Notes: generated from the letters alone by a model not told the origin. 64,000 nt of DNA from an uncultured Chloroflexia bacterium (GCA_963713795.1 CAVQNC010000007.1:130863-194862), one strand, 5' to 3'; shown: positions 31,113 through 41,180, counted from the stretch's first letter. Program-made: numbers and translations.

Positions 31113-31179
31113 TCTTCGCGTCCCGTCAGCCAGGCCCGGGCAACCGGCGCCAACAGACCATGTCCGGAGGTCGACCTCG

Positions 31180-32292
31180 ATGGCTCAGTCTCACGTCACG
31201 CCCCTGACGACGCCGCTCGCTTCCCGACACGCGGCTCTGGGGGCGAAGATCGTGGAATTTGGCGGGTGGCTCATGCCGCTCCAGTACTCGGGCATCCTGG
31301 AGGAGCACCGGGCGGTCAGGGCGCGCGCCGGCCTCTTCGACCTGTCGCACATGGGCGAGCTGTTCGTCGAGGGACCGGAGGCGGCCGCTGGGCTCGGCTA
31401 CTCGCTCTCCACGGACCCGGCGAAGCTCAAGGTGGGCCGGGCCCACTACTCGATGATCCTCTTTCCCGAGGGCGGCATCCTGGACGACCTGATCGTCTAC
31501 CGGCTGGGCGACGAGCGGTTCATGGTCGTGGCCAACGCCTCGAACGCGACCGCCGTCAGCGATGCGCTGGCCGAGCGACTGGCCGGCTGCCGCGCCGTCC
31601 TGGACGATCGTTCGCTGGCTACGGCGCTGGTCGCCCTCCAGGGGCCGCGCGCGGCCGGGATCATGGCGCCGCTCACCGACGTCGCCCTCGACGGGCTGCG
31701 CTACTACGCCATAGCCGAGGGACGTGTGGCCGGAGTGCCCGCCCTCCTGGCCCGTACCGGCTACACGGGCGAGGACGGCTTCGAGGTCTTCGTCGAGATC
31801 GCCGCCGCCGGGACGGTCTGGGACGCCCTGATGGAAGCCGGCAAGGTCGAGGGTGTGTTGCCGGTCGGGCTCGGGGCCCGGGATACGCTCAGGCTCGAGG
31901 CGGGCATGCCGCTGTACGGCAACGAGCTCGGTCCCGATACGACCCCGGATGAAGCCGGTCTGGGCCGTGTAGTGCATTTCGACAAGGAGGGCGATTTTGT
32001 CGGCCGAGCCGCGCTCGAGAAGGCCCGGGCCGAGGGGCCGCGAACGAAGCTCGTGGGCCTCGTCCTGCGGGCTCGCGGGATCGCGCGCCACGGCTACCCG
32101 GTCTTCTCCGGGGCTCGCCAGATCGGCCGGGTCACGAGCGGAACTCTCTCACCGACTCTCGGCCAGCCCGTCGCGATGGCATACGTCACTCCTTCCAGGG
32201 CCGAGCCCGGTACGATAGTCGAGGTCGGCATTCGGGATCAGAGAGTTCCGGCCGAGGTCGTGCCCCTGCCCTTCTATCGAAGGCCGGCCTAG
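31180..32292 (+). CDS. gcvT: Glycine cleavage system aminomethyltransferase T
   Basis: TPLASRHAALGAKIVEFGGWLMPLQY, DLSHMG, full colinearity; GGAGG RBS 9 nt upstream. Confidence 0.9.
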   Translation: MAQSHVTPLTTPLASRHAALGAKIVEFGGWLMPLQYSGILEEHRAVRARAGLFDLSHMGELFVEGPEAAAGLGYSLSTDPAKLKVGRAHYSMILFPEGGILDDLIVYRLGDERFMVVANASNATAVSDALAERLAGCRAVLDDRSLATALVALQGPRAAGIMAPLTDVALDGLRYYAIAEGRVAGVPALLARTGYTGEDGFEVFVEIAAAGTVWDALMEAGKVEGVLPVGLGARDTLRLEAGMPLYGNELGPDTTPDEAGLGRVVHFDKEGDFVGRAALEKARAEGPRTKLVGLVLRARGIARHGYPVFSGARQIGRVTSGTLSPTLGQPVAMAYVTPSRAEPGTIVEVGIRDQRVPAEVVPLPFYRRPA

Positions 32293-32369
32293 GTCGCCTG
32301 CCAACGCGGAATCGTACCGGCTGCCCGGCGAGATACGCCGGAGATAGCCGACAGGAGGAAGCTCTAGCG

Positions 32370-32750
32370 ATGGTGCCCGAGGATCTGCGATACACGAGAG
32401 AGCACGAATGGGTCCGCATCGAAGGCGAGCTGGCGACGGTCGGAATCACCGAGTTCGCGGCCGAGCAACTCGGCGACATCGTCTTCGTAGAGCTGCCCGC
32501 ACTGGGCCGGACAGTCGAGCAGTTCGCCGCGGTCGGCGTCATCGAATCGGTCAAGGCCGTTAGCGACCTGTTCGCGCCGCTGGGCGGCGAGGTCGTCGAG
32601 GCGAACGGCGAGCTCACGAACGCGCCGGAGCTCCTGAACAGCGACCCGTTCGGAAAGGGCTGGATGCTCCGAATCCGGCTGGCCGACGCTTCACAGGCCG
32701 ACGCCCTGCTGGATGCGCCGTCCTACGAGGCGCTCACGTCGGAAGCCTAG
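32370..32750 (+). CDS. gcvH: Glycine cleavage system H protein (lipoyl carrier)
   Basis: YTREHEWVRIEG...ESVKAVSDLFAPL (lipoyl-lysine context). Confidence 0.9.
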   Translation: MVPEDLRYTREHEWVRIEGELATVGITEFAAEQLGDIVFVELPALGRTVEQFAAVGVIESVKAVSDLFAPLGGEVVEANGELTNAPELLNSDPFGKGWMLRIRLADASQADALLDAPSYEALTSEA

Positions 32751-32793
32751 ATAGGCGTCGACACGAACATCACTCGAGCAGGGAGCGGATTCG

Positions 32794-34167
32794 ATGGCCT
32801 ACGGACCGCACACGACGGAGGATCGCGCCCGCATGCTGGGGACGATCGGCGTCGACTCGGTCGACGATCTCTTTGCCGACATCCCGCCGTCCCTGCGGTC
32901 GTCGGGTCTGGATCTCCCCGGGCCCGAGCCCGAGGTCGAGGTCGCGGCCCGGCTCCGCGGCCTGGCCGGCCGAAACCGGGTCGATCTGGCCAGCTTCCTG
33001 GGGGCCGGGGCTTACCGTCACTTCAGCCCGGCCGTGGTCGACCAGCTTCTCCTGCGCGGCGAGTTCTACACCGCCTACACGCCCTACCAGCCGGAGATCA
33101 GCCAGGGCACGCTCCAGACCATCTACGAATACCAGTCGCTGATGGCGGAGCTGACCGGCATGGACGTCGTCTCCGCCTCCCATTACGACGGGGCCACGGC
33201 GACGGCCGAGGCCGCCCTGATGAGTTGCCGCGCGACACGGCGCGAACGTGTCCTCGTCAGCCGGGGCGTCCATCCGCACTACCGCGAAACGCTCTGCACG
33301 TACTTCGGCGGGGCCTCGCTGGTCGCCGACGAGATCCCTCTCGTGGCCGATGGACCGGCCGCCGGCAGTACCGATCTGGCGGCCCTGGAACGGATGCTGG
33401 CGGACCCGGATCGCCCGGTCGGCGGGGTGGTGGTCGCCAACCCCAGCTTCTTCGGCCTGCTGGAACCCATGGCCGAGATCGGCCGCCTGGCCCATGCGGC
33501 GGGCGCGCTCTTCGTCGCGGTCGTGGAGCCGGTTTCGCTGGCCGTCCTGACGACCCCGGGTGAGTACGGGGCCGACATCGCCGCCGGCGACGGCCAGCCG
33601 CTCGGCATACCGCTGGCGTACGGCGGGCCGTACCTCGGCATCCTGGCCTGCCGCGAGCCGCTCGTCCGGCAGATCCCCGGGCGCCTCGTCGGCATGACCA
33701 CGGACGTGGACGGCCGGCGGGCCTTCGTCATGACCCTCCGGGCGCGCGAGCAGGACATCCGCCGCGAGAAGGCCTCGAGCAACATATGCACCAACCAGGC
33801 CCTGTGCGCCCTGGCTGCGGCCATCTACCTGGGCGCGCTGGGCCCTCACGGGCTGCGGGATGTAGCGGCGCTCGGCGCCGCCCGGGCCGGGGAGCTGGAA
33901 GGGGCCCTGGCCGCCGCCGGCGCCCGACGTCTTCACCCCGGACCCTACCTGAACGAGTTCGCCGTGCGCGTCCCGGGCGCTCCCGCCGTCCACGCCCGGC
34001 TCCTGGCGCGCGGCATCCTGGCCGGGCTGCCGCTGGCCCGGGCCATCCCCGACGATCCGTCGCTCGCCGACGGTCTGCTCGTGTGCGCAACGGAGGTCAC
34101 CACGCGCCGGGAGATCGCGGCGTTTGCTGCGGCCCTCGGCGAGGAGCTCGCGGAGGTGGTTCGATGA
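32794..34167 (+). CDS. gcvPA: Glycine dehydrogenase (decarboxylating) subunit 1
   Basis: N-terminal P-protein half, YTPYQPEISQG motif. Confidence 0.9.
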   Translation: MAYGPHTTEDRARMLGTIGVDSVDDLFADIPPSLRSSGLDLPGPEPEVEVAARLRGLAGRNRVDLASFLGAGAYRHFSPAVVDQLLLRGEFYTAYTPYQPEISQGTLQTIYEYQSLMAELTGMDVVSASHYDGATATAEAALMSCRATRRERVLVSRGVHPHYRETLCTYFGGASLVADEIPLVADGPAAGSTDLAALERMLADPDRPVGGVVVANPSFFGLLEPMAEIGRLAHAAGALFVAVVEPVSLAVLTTPGEYGADIAAGDGQPLGIPLAYGGPYLGILACREPLVRQIPGRLVGMTTDVDGRRAFVMTLRAREQDIRREKASSNICTNQALCALAAAIYLGALGPHGLRDVAALGAARAGELEGALAAAGARRLHPGPYLNEFAVRVPGAPAVHARLLARGILAGLPLARAIPDDPSLADGLLVCATEVTTRREIAAFAAALGEELAEVVR

Positions 34168-35663
34168 CCGCCGCGGGAGATCGCCTGCGCCCCACCATCT
34201 TCGAGCGCTCACGCTCCGGCCGCGGCGGCGGCAAGGTGCCGCATCCGCCCAAGGATGCACTGGCGCGGATCCCCGCCGGCCGGCTGCGCTCCGCCGGGCC
34301 GCGTCTGCCCGAGGTCTCGGAGCCGGAGTTGACGCGCCACTACGTCAACCTGAGCCAGCTCAACTACGCCGTGGACACGGGCTTCTACCCGCTCGGCTCG
34401 TGCACGATGAAGTACAACCCCAAGATCGACGAATGGGCGGCCCGTCTCGAAGGGTTCGCCGGGCTCCACCCGCTCGTTCCTGACGAACTCGCGCAGGGCA
34501 CGCTCGAGCTTCTCTGGGAGCTGGAGCGGGCTCTGGCTCAGATCGGCGGCATGAAGGCCGTCACGCTCCAACCCGCGGCCGGAGCCCAGGGCGAGCTGAC
34601 CGGCATCCTGATGGTCAGGGCCTATCACCGCAGCCGGGGCGACATCGAGCGGGACGAGGTCCTGGTACCGGATTCGGCCCACGGCACGAACCCGGCCACG
34701 GCCTCGATGGCGGGCTTCAAGACCGTTTCGATCCCATCCGCGCCCGACGGCGGCGTGGACGTGGAGGCCTTCCGTGGGGCCCTCGGACCCCGGACGGCGG
34801 CGGTCATGATCACCAACCCGTCGACCGCCGGCCTCTTCGAGTCGCGGCTGTGCGAGTTGTTGGAGGCCGTCCACGAAGCAGGCGCGCTGGCCTACATGGA
34901 CGGCGCGAACCTGAACGCCATCATGGGCCGGTTCAAGCCGGGAGAAGCCGGCTTCGACGTCATGCACATCAACGTCCACAAGACCTTCGCCACGCCCCAC
35001 GGAGGCGGTGGTCCGGGCGCCGGACCGGTCGGGGTGGGCGAGAAGCTCCTGCCGTTCCTGCCCTCGCCGCGCGTCCTGCGCGAGCCCGACGGCCGGTTCC
35101 GCCTGGAGACGGCCGGCGAAAGACCCACCAGCATCGGCCGGGTGCGAGCCTTCGCGGGCAATACCGGGGTTCTCGTTCGAGCCTATGCCTATATCCTCGC
35201 CCACGGCGGGCCCGGCCTGTGCGAGGTCAGCGAAGACGCGGTCCTGGCGGCGAACTACCTCAAGGCTCGCGTGGCCGAGATCCTGGACGTCCCGTTCAGC
35301 CGGCCCTGCATGCACGAGTTCGTCGCGTCCTCGGCGACGCTCAAGGCCGAGACGGGAATTCGCACCCTCGACGTCGCCAAGAGGTTGATCGACTACGGCT
35401 TCCATCCGCCCACGATCTATTTCCCGTTGACGGTGGAGGAGGCTCTGCTGATCGAGCCGACCGAGACGGAATCACTGGAGACACTAGACGCCTTCGCCGA
35501 GGCCCTGCGCTGCATCGTGGAGGAGGCCCATACCGATCCTGACCTTCTCCATTCGGCGCCGCACACCTCGCCGGTCCGCCGCCTCGACGAGACGACGGCC
35601 GCCCGCCAGCCCAACCTGCGGTGGCGAGCCATGACCGGGGGCCAGACACCCTGCCCGGATTAG
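34164..35663 (+). CDS. gcvPB: Glycine dehydrogenase (decarboxylating) subunit 2 (PLP-binding)
   Basis: C-terminal P-protein half, NVHKTF PLP-lysine motif; ATG overlaps gcvPA stop (ATGA); ORF-track 5' extension rejected. Confidence 0.9.
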   Translation: MTAAGDRLRPTIFERSRSGRGGGKVPHPPKDALARIPAGRLRSAGPRLPEVSEPELTRHYVNLSQLNYAVDTGFYPLGSCTMKYNPKIDEWAARLEGFAGLHPLVPDELAQGTLELLWELERALAQIGGMKAVTLQPAAGAQGELTGILMVRAYHRSRGDIERDEVLVPDSAHGTNPATASMAGFKTVSIPSAPDGGVDVEAFRGALGPRTAAVMITNPSTAGLFESRLCELLEAVHEAGALAYMDGANLNAIMGRFKPGEAGFDVMHINVHKTFATPHGGGGPGAGPVGVGEKLLPFLPSPRVLREPDGRFRLETAGERPTSIGRVRAFAGNTGVLVRAYAYILAHGGPGLCEVSEDAVLAANYLKARVAEILDVPFSRPCMHEFVASSATLKAETGIRTLDVAKRLIDYGFHPPTIYFPLTVEEALLIEPTETESLETLDAFAEALRCIVEEAHTDPDLLHSAPHTSPVRRLDETTAARQPNLRWRAMTGGQTPCPD

Positions 35664-35812
35664 GCGAATCGGAGGCCCCGCCGCAGGATGGGATTGTGAG
35701 CCGAAATAAGCTGCTCGAGACCATCGGCGAGAGCAACCGGGGCGGAAACGACGGGTCGCGATGACGCCCTCGGGCTTGTCTGAGGCCTGATCGAAGACCG
35801 AGCGCCGGTTGT

Positions 35813-35841
35813 TTGACACCCCGACGGTGCCTGGGCATAGT
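35813..35841 (+). promoter_or_regulatory. Sigma-70-type promoter TTGACA-N17-CATAGT upstream of first peptide-binding lipoprotein gene
   Basis: Perfect -35, 17-nt spacer, -10 CATAGT; same element and downstream leader repeated at 37983-38011. Confidence 0.45.
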
Positions 35842-35966
35842 ACGGCCCAGTGACAGCCTCGCCCCGCCCGTCGCCAAAACTAGCGTTCGTCTCCAGCTGG
35901 TGGAGGGCGAGACGCCGAAGCTCCCGGCCTCGGCCGTCGGCTCGTCCTCGCCCCGGCGCCACCTGG

Positions 35967-37781
35967 ATGCGTGACCGTCTGGTGGGCCTGCTCGTGGCCG
36001 CGGTCGTGGTTGCGGGCGCCTGCGGTCCCGGTACGGGCGCCGGGACGTCACCGACCGGACTGCCGACCACTGCGCCATCGCCGACGGCTTCCGCCACGCC
36101 GCTCCCTCTGGCGATAACGGGATCGACGTACGCGGCCGCGCCGGCCACGGTCACCGGCGGCAAGGTCGTCCTGGCCGAGTGGGTCTTTCCGGACACGGTC
36201 AACCCGTACTACTCGATCGGCGGCGACACGGCCGCGTCCGACCTCGAGGTTTCGGACAGCATGTTCGACGGCCTGCTGACCGTCACCCCGGACCTGAAGT
36301 ACGCGCCTGATCTGGCCATGAACGTTCCGACCATCCAGAACGGCGGGGTCGTGCTTGCCGGCAGCGGCATGGATGTCACGTGGACCCTCCGCCCGGGGAT
36401 GGAGTGGTCCGACGGCAAGCCGATCAACTGCGACGACATCGCGGCTACCTGGCAGTGGATGCTGAACAAGGACAACGGCAACCTTGCCAACGGCACCGTC
36501 GGATGGCAGGACGTCACTGGCGTCGACGGCGGCACCGGCACCAACTGCGTCATGCATTTCGGCACGGTGTACGAGGGCTATCTCGACCTCGTCTCGCCCT
36601 TGCTCCCGGCCCACTACATCACGACCATCCCCGTCAAGGATGCCCGGACCAAGCTGTATCCGATGAGCAATCTGGCCAGCGGGGTCTACAGCGGCCCCTA
36701 CATACCCGTCAGCAGCGACGGGCACACCAAGATCACGCTGAAGCCCAACCCGAAGTGGCAGTCCATCAGCGGCCACGCGCCCTGGCTTGCGTCGGTGACC
36801 TGGAAGTACTACAGCGACGCCGCCTCGATGATCGCCGGGTTCAGGACCGGTGACTTCGACGTCGGCCAGGATCTTACCGAGACGGACATTCCCGCCCTCA
36901 CGGGCATCCAGCCGGCCCAGCAGGTCATCCACGACTCGATGACATACGAGCTGCTCGCCTTCAACAACGCCAGCTTCAGCCTGAAGTTCGGCGGCGACGC
37001 CTCGGACATCATCCAGGCCATCAAGCTGGCGACCGATCGCAAGGCGATCACCCAGGGGCTCCTCGGCGGCACCGTCGGCGTCATCAATGACCCCGTCTCG
37101 CCGCTGGCCTGGTACTACACGAACGTCGGCACCACGGCGGCCGCGGCCTCAGGGGAGCCCGACACCGCCACGGCCTCCGCGATCCTCGCCAACGACGGCT
37201 GGACCATGGGCGCGGCCGGCTACCTGGAGAAGGCCGGCAAGATCATCGAGTTGAACTACTGCACGACGACCAGGCAGTACCGGCTGAACAACCTTCAGGC
37301 GATGGCGGCTCAGCTCAAGCAGATCGGGATCAAGGTCGACGTCAACTCCAAGCCCGACTCGGATGTCTTCGGGCTCTGGAACACCACCAAGCCCACGACG
37401 CTCTGCAACCTGCAACACGGCAACTTCGACGTGGCCGAGTTCTCGTACATATCGCCGCTCGACCCGCTTGGTGGCTACCGGATCTATCAGTCAGGCGAGA
37501 TCCCGGACAATCCGCCGCACGACGGCGCGAACATAACCCGAGTCAGTCTGCCGACGCTGGACGCCGCCTACGACACGGTCGCCGCGAGCGCGGACCTGGT
37601 CAAGGTTCGCGCAGCCATGTACGCGATCCAGCAGATTTACGGCTCCGACAGGAACACATACGAGCTTCCGCTCTACTTCCACAAGGATGTCTGGCTTGTC
37701 GACCCGATGCTCCACAACTTCACGGGCAACCCGACGGTCTCCGGCGGGGAGTGGAACATCGGCGATTGGTGGGTCGGATGA
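35967..37781 (+). CDS. ABC transporter substrate-binding lipoprotein, family 5 (peptide/nickel, DppA/OppA-like) - paralog 1
   Basis: Lipobox LVAAVVVAGAC, SBP_bac_5 pattern (VNPYYS, DSMFDGLL, KWSDG); start ATG MRDRLVGLL. Confidence 0.85.
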   Translation: MRDRLVGLLVAAVVVAGACGPGTGAGTSPTGLPTTAPSPTASATPLPLAITGSTYAAAPATVTGGKVVLAEWVFPDTVNPYYSIGGDTAASDLEVSDSMFDGLLTVTPDLKYAPDLAMNVPTIQNGGVVLAGSGMDVTWTLRPGMEWSDGKPINCDDIAATWQWMLNKDNGNLANGTVGWQDVTGVDGGTGTNCVMHFGTVYEGYLDLVSPLLPAHYITTIPVKDARTKLYPMSNLASGVYSGPYIPVSSDGHTKITLKPNPKWQSISGHAPWLASVTWKYYSDAASMIAGFRTGDFDVGQDLTETDIPALTGIQPAQQVIHDSMTYELLAFNNASFSLKFGGDASDIIQAIKLATDRKAITQGLLGGTVGVINDPVSPLAWYYTNVGTTAAAASGEPDTATASAILANDGWTMGAAGYLEKAGKIIELNYCTTTRQYRLNNLQAMAAQLKQIGIKVDVNSKPDSDVFGLWNTTKPTTLCNLQHGNFDVAEFSYISPLDPLGGYRIYQSGEIPDNPPHDGANITRVSLPTLDAAYDTVAASADLVKVRAAMYAIQQIYGSDRNTYELPLYFHKDVWLVDPMLHNFTGNPTVSGGEWNIGDWWVG

Positions 37782-37896
37782 CGCCTGCGGGCCCGTCGGC
37801 CGGGCGGCGATAGGTCTCGGGCAGAGGCGGCGGGCAGCGCGGCGCCTGGATCCACACGAGTCACGTGCGCGGGCGGCCGTGCCCAATGATCGGTCT

Positions 37897-37919
37897 GGGT
37901 CCTGCCGCGGGCAGGACCC
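37897..37919 (+). terminator. Strong hairpin (10-bp stem GGGTCCTGCC/GGCAGGACCC, 3-4-nt loop) ~115 nt after first SBP gene
   Basis: Perfect inverted repeat; separates SBP1 from the independently promoted SBP2. Confidence 0.45.
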
Positions 37920-37982
37920 GTGCTCTCACCGGCCACCTCCACGTCTGCCGGGGAGGGGACCGCCTCCGACGCATTCTGCGGT

Positions 37983-38011
37983 TTGACACTGGGACGGTGC
38001 CCCGGCATAGT
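37983..38011 (+). promoter_or_regulatory. Second copy of TTGACA-N17-CATAGT promoter, upstream of SBP paralog 2
   Basis: Identical hexamers and spacer length; flanking CGGTTTGACAC also conserved. Confidence 0.45.
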
Positions 38012-38147
38012 AGCGGCCAGTGACAGCCCGACATTGCCCCCGGCCCAGGTGCAAGTAACGTCGTGTCCCGGCTTTTCTTGACGGAGGGCAAGACGCCGCA
38101 GGCCCTAGCCTCGGCGGTTGGGTTGGACTCTTTAGGGAGGCGCCTAG

Positions 38148-39962
38148 ATGCGTAAACGGCTGATCAGTATTTTCACCGTCACGGTGCTGGTCGCAGGTGC
38201 GTGCAGCTCGTCGACCAGCACTCCCACGACCGCTCCTAGTACCGCCCCGACTACCGCCCCGACTACCGCCCCGACTACGCCCGGGGCGTCGCCGACTCCC
38301 TTCGCGGTCCAGCTCACGGGCAGCACCTACAAGCCGACTGCGCCCGCCAGCACCACCGCGAGCGGTTCGGTCGTCGTCGCCGAGTGGCAGTTCGTCGACA
38401 CGGTCAACCCGTACTACGCTCAGGCCGAGACCGACATCGAAGCCTCCGACAGCATGTTCGACGGCCTCCTGAACCTCTCGCCCGATCTTAAGTACGTCCC
38501 CGACCTCGCCACCAACGTTCCGACGATCCAGAACGGCGGAGTCGTTCTCAATGGCGCCGGCATGGACGTCACCTGGGACCTCAAGCCCGGGATGAAGTGG
38601 TCCGACGGAACGCCGATCACCTGCGCCGACGTCACGGCCACGTGGAAGTGGGTCATGGATCCGGCCAACACCGGTCTCGCCGGTGGCACCGTGGGTTGGG
38701 ACCAGATCACCGGCATTGACGGTGGCACCGGCACCACCTGCGTCATCCACTTCAAGTCGCAGTACGAGGGCTACCTCAGCCTCGTCTCGCCCGTGCTCCC
38801 CGCGGACTACATCACCAAGATCCCGGTGGCGAGTGCCGCCAACGACCTGTACCCGCTCGGCAATCTGGCCAGCGGCGTCTACAGCGGCCCGTACATCCCG
38901 ACCACCGTCGTCACCGACGCCCAGATCACGATGGTTCCGAACCCGAACTGGGCGACCATCAGCGGCCACGCGCCGTATCTGACCTCCGTGATCTGGAAGT
39001 ACTACGGCGGCTCCGACACCGAGATCGCCGGCTACCAGGCCGGTGAGTTCGACGTGGGCAACGACTTCAACAACGCCGACATCCCGTCGCTCGCGTCGAT
39101 CCCGGCTTCGCAGGTCATCGCCCACGATTCTCTGACCTACGAGCTCAACGCCTTCAACCAGACTTCGTTCAACACCAAGTTCGGGGCTGACGCGGCCACG
39201 GTCATCAAGGCCGTGAAGCTCGCGACCGACCGCCAGGCCATCGCCAACGGACCTCTGGCCGGCAACGTAACGGTCACGAACAACTTCATCTCCCCGCTGA
39301 CCTGGTACTACAAGAACGAGGGCGGCTCGACGGCCGCCGACCCGACGACGGCATCCAAGCTCCTTGCCACCGCCGGCTACACGATGGATTCCTCTGGCTA
39401 CCTGGCCAAGAACGGCAAGGAAATCTCGCTCAACTACTGCACCACGACCCGCCAGGTCCGCGAGGATACGCTCAAGCTGATTGCCTCCCAGCTGAAGGCG
39501 ATCGGGATCAAGGTGACCACGAACGCCAAGCCGTCGAGTGACGTCTTCGGCGACTGGAACGGCACGCCCGCCAACACGCTGTGCAACCTGGTTCACGGCA
39601 ACTTCGACGTGGCCGAGTTCGCATACGTCTCGCCGCTCGATCCGCTCGGCGGCTACAACGTCTACACCACCCAGGGCATTCCGGATCTGCCCCCGCACAA
39701 CGGGCAGAACGTCACCCGCATCAGCATCCCGGCCCTCGACGTGGCCTATGACACCGTCCTCTCGACCGTCGATTTCGCGAAGGTCCAGCAGGCGATGTAC
39801 ACCGTCCAGGATATCTACACCTCCGACCAGAACACGTACGAGCTTCCGCTGTACTACCGCAAGGATGTCTGGCTCGTAAACCCGAAGCTTCAGAACTTCA
39901 CGGGCAACCCGGGCACCGGCGGCGGCGAGTGGAATATCGGCGACTGGTGGCTCCAGAGCTGA
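38148..39962 (+). CDS. ABC transporter substrate-binding lipoprotein, family 5 - paralog 2 (tandem to paralog 1)
   Basis: Lipobox LVAGAC, colinear with 35967-37781 product; contains (TAPT)n linker. Confidence 0.85.
   Translation: MRKRLISIFTVTVLVAGACSSSTSTPTTAPSTAPTTAPTTAPTTPGASPTPFAVQLTGSTYKPTAPASTTASGSVVVAEWQFVDTVNPYYAQAETDIEASDSMFDGLLNLSPDLKYVPDLATNVPTIQNGGVVLNGAGMDVTWDLKPGMKWSDGTPITCADVTATWKWVMDPANTGLAGGTVGWDQITGIDGGTGTTCVIHFKSQYEGYLSLVSPVLPADYITKIPVASAANDLYPLGNLASGVYSGPYIPTTVVTDAQITMVPNPNWATISGHAPYLTSVIWKYYGGSDTEIAGYQAGEFDVGNDFNNADIPSLASIPASQVIAHDSLTYELNAFNQTSFNTKFGADAATVIKAVKLATDRQAIANGPLAGNVTVTNNFISPLTWYYKNEGGSTAADPTTASKLLATAGYTMDSSGYLAKNGKEISLNYCTTTRQVREDTLKLIASQLKAIGIKVTTNAKPSSDVFGDWNGTPANTLCNLVHGNFDVAEFAYVSPLDPLGGYNVYTTQGIPDLPPHNGQNVTRISIPALDVAYDTVLSTVDFAKVQQAMYTVQDIYTSDQNTYELPLYYRKDVWLVNPKLQNFTGNPGTGGGEWNIGDWWLQS
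38235..38282 (+). repeat. 12-nt tandem repeat (CCGACTACCGCC x ~4, two degenerate) encoding TAPTTAPTTAPTT linker
   Basis: Read directly; in-frame within SBP paralog 2 just after signal peptide. Confidence 0.6.
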
Positions 39963-40068
39963 TCCACAGACCATCGGCTGATCCGGCGATCGGTCGGCTC
40001 AGTTAGTCGCTAAGAGAGGGCGACGGGCCTTCGGGTTCGTCGCCCTCTCGCACACGCGAGCGAGATCG

Positions 40069-41169
40069 ATGATCAAGTACATCGTTAGGCGATGCATACA
40101 GGCGATACCCGTCTTGATCGGCATCACGATCGTGACGTTCGTCCTGATGCACCTCCAGCCGGGCAATCCGGCCGATCGGTTCGCCCAGAACCCCAAGATC
40201 ACGGCGGCCCAGATCGCGGCCTTCGAGCACCGCTGGGGCCTCACCGATCCCCTCTGGGAGCAGTACTTCAAGTGGCTAGGGGTGATGGGTGACAAAGGGT
40301 TCCTGAACTTCTTGCCGGGTGGGACCATACACATCGCCGGCCTCTCCATCGCCCTGCCGGGCGGCGACAACGGCATCATCCACGGCGACTTCGGCTACTC
40401 CATCAACGATGGCCAGCCGGTGGTGGACGTGATCGCGGGCCGTCTGCCCGCAACCGTCCTCCTCACCGCGACGGCCTACGTGATCTGGATCACCCTCGCC
40501 TTCGTGCTGGGCGTCTATGCGGCCGTGCGAAGGTACGGCCTGTTCGACTCGACGCTGACGATCTTCAACTACATTGGCTACTCGCTGCCGACCTTCTGGC
40601 TGGGCCTCATCCTCATCACTTTCCTGGCCGAGGGCACGCCATTCAAGTGGTTCCCGGCGAGCGGCATGTGGGACGCGCGGACGGTCCCGCCCTTTGCGAC
40701 GGCCCAGTACTGGACCTTCTTCGGCTCCGACCCGCTGTATGCGGTCACGGACCTGGCTCGTCACCTGGCCTTGCCCGTGCTGACGCTGGTCGCGGTCAGC
40801 ATCGCGGGCGACTCGCGCTACATCCGCTCGACCATGCTCGACTCGCTCAACCAGGACTACGTGAAGACTGCACGCGCCAAAGGCGTGCCCGAGAGAACGG
40901 TCATCTTCCGCCACGCCCTGAGAAACGCGTTGCTGCCCGTCGTCACCAACGTCGCCCTCGAGCTGCCGTTCATATTCGGCGGGGCCGTGGCGACGGAGAC
41001 CGTGTTCTCATGGCCCGGCATGGGCCGGCAATTCGTCGAGTCCGTGGGGCATACCGACTACCCGGTCCTGATGGGCATCCTTCTCATCTCGTCGGTGATC
41101 GTCGTGGCGGCGAACCTCCTGGCGGATGTTATGTACGCGGTGGTCGATCCCCGCGTGAAGTACGACTGA
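40069..41169 (+). CDS. Peptide ABC transporter permease (DppB/OppB-like)
   Basis: N-terminal MIKYIVRRCIQAIPVLIGITIVTFVLM, ABC TM1 EAA-loop region. Confidence 0.85.
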   Translation: MIKYIVRRCIQAIPVLIGITIVTFVLMHLQPGNPADRFAQNPKITAAQIAAFEHRWGLTDPLWEQYFKWLGVMGDKGFLNFLPGGTIHIAGLSIALPGGDNGIIHGDFGYSINDGQPVVDVIAGRLPATVLLTATAYVIWITLAFVLGVYAAVRRYGLFDSTLTIFNYIGYSLPTFWLGLILITFLAEGTPFKWFPASGMWDARTVPPFATAQYWTFFGSDPLYAVTDLARHLALPVLTLVAVSIAGDSRYIRSTMLDSLNQDYVKTARAKGVPERTVIFRHALRNALLPVVTNVALELPFIFGGAVATETVFSWPGMGRQFVESVGHTDYPVLMGILLISSVIVVAANLLADVMYAVVDPRVKYD

Positions 41170-41180
41170 GGTACTAGCGC

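Noticed and set aside
31113-31179. Glycine riboswitch upstream of gcvT
   Set aside because: The spacer is only 67 nt and contains just an RBS. None of the aptamer hallmarks (GGAGAG, ACCGAAGGGGCAA, CUCAGGCAAAAGGAC) are present here or in the 314-nt region upstream of the NUDIX gene.
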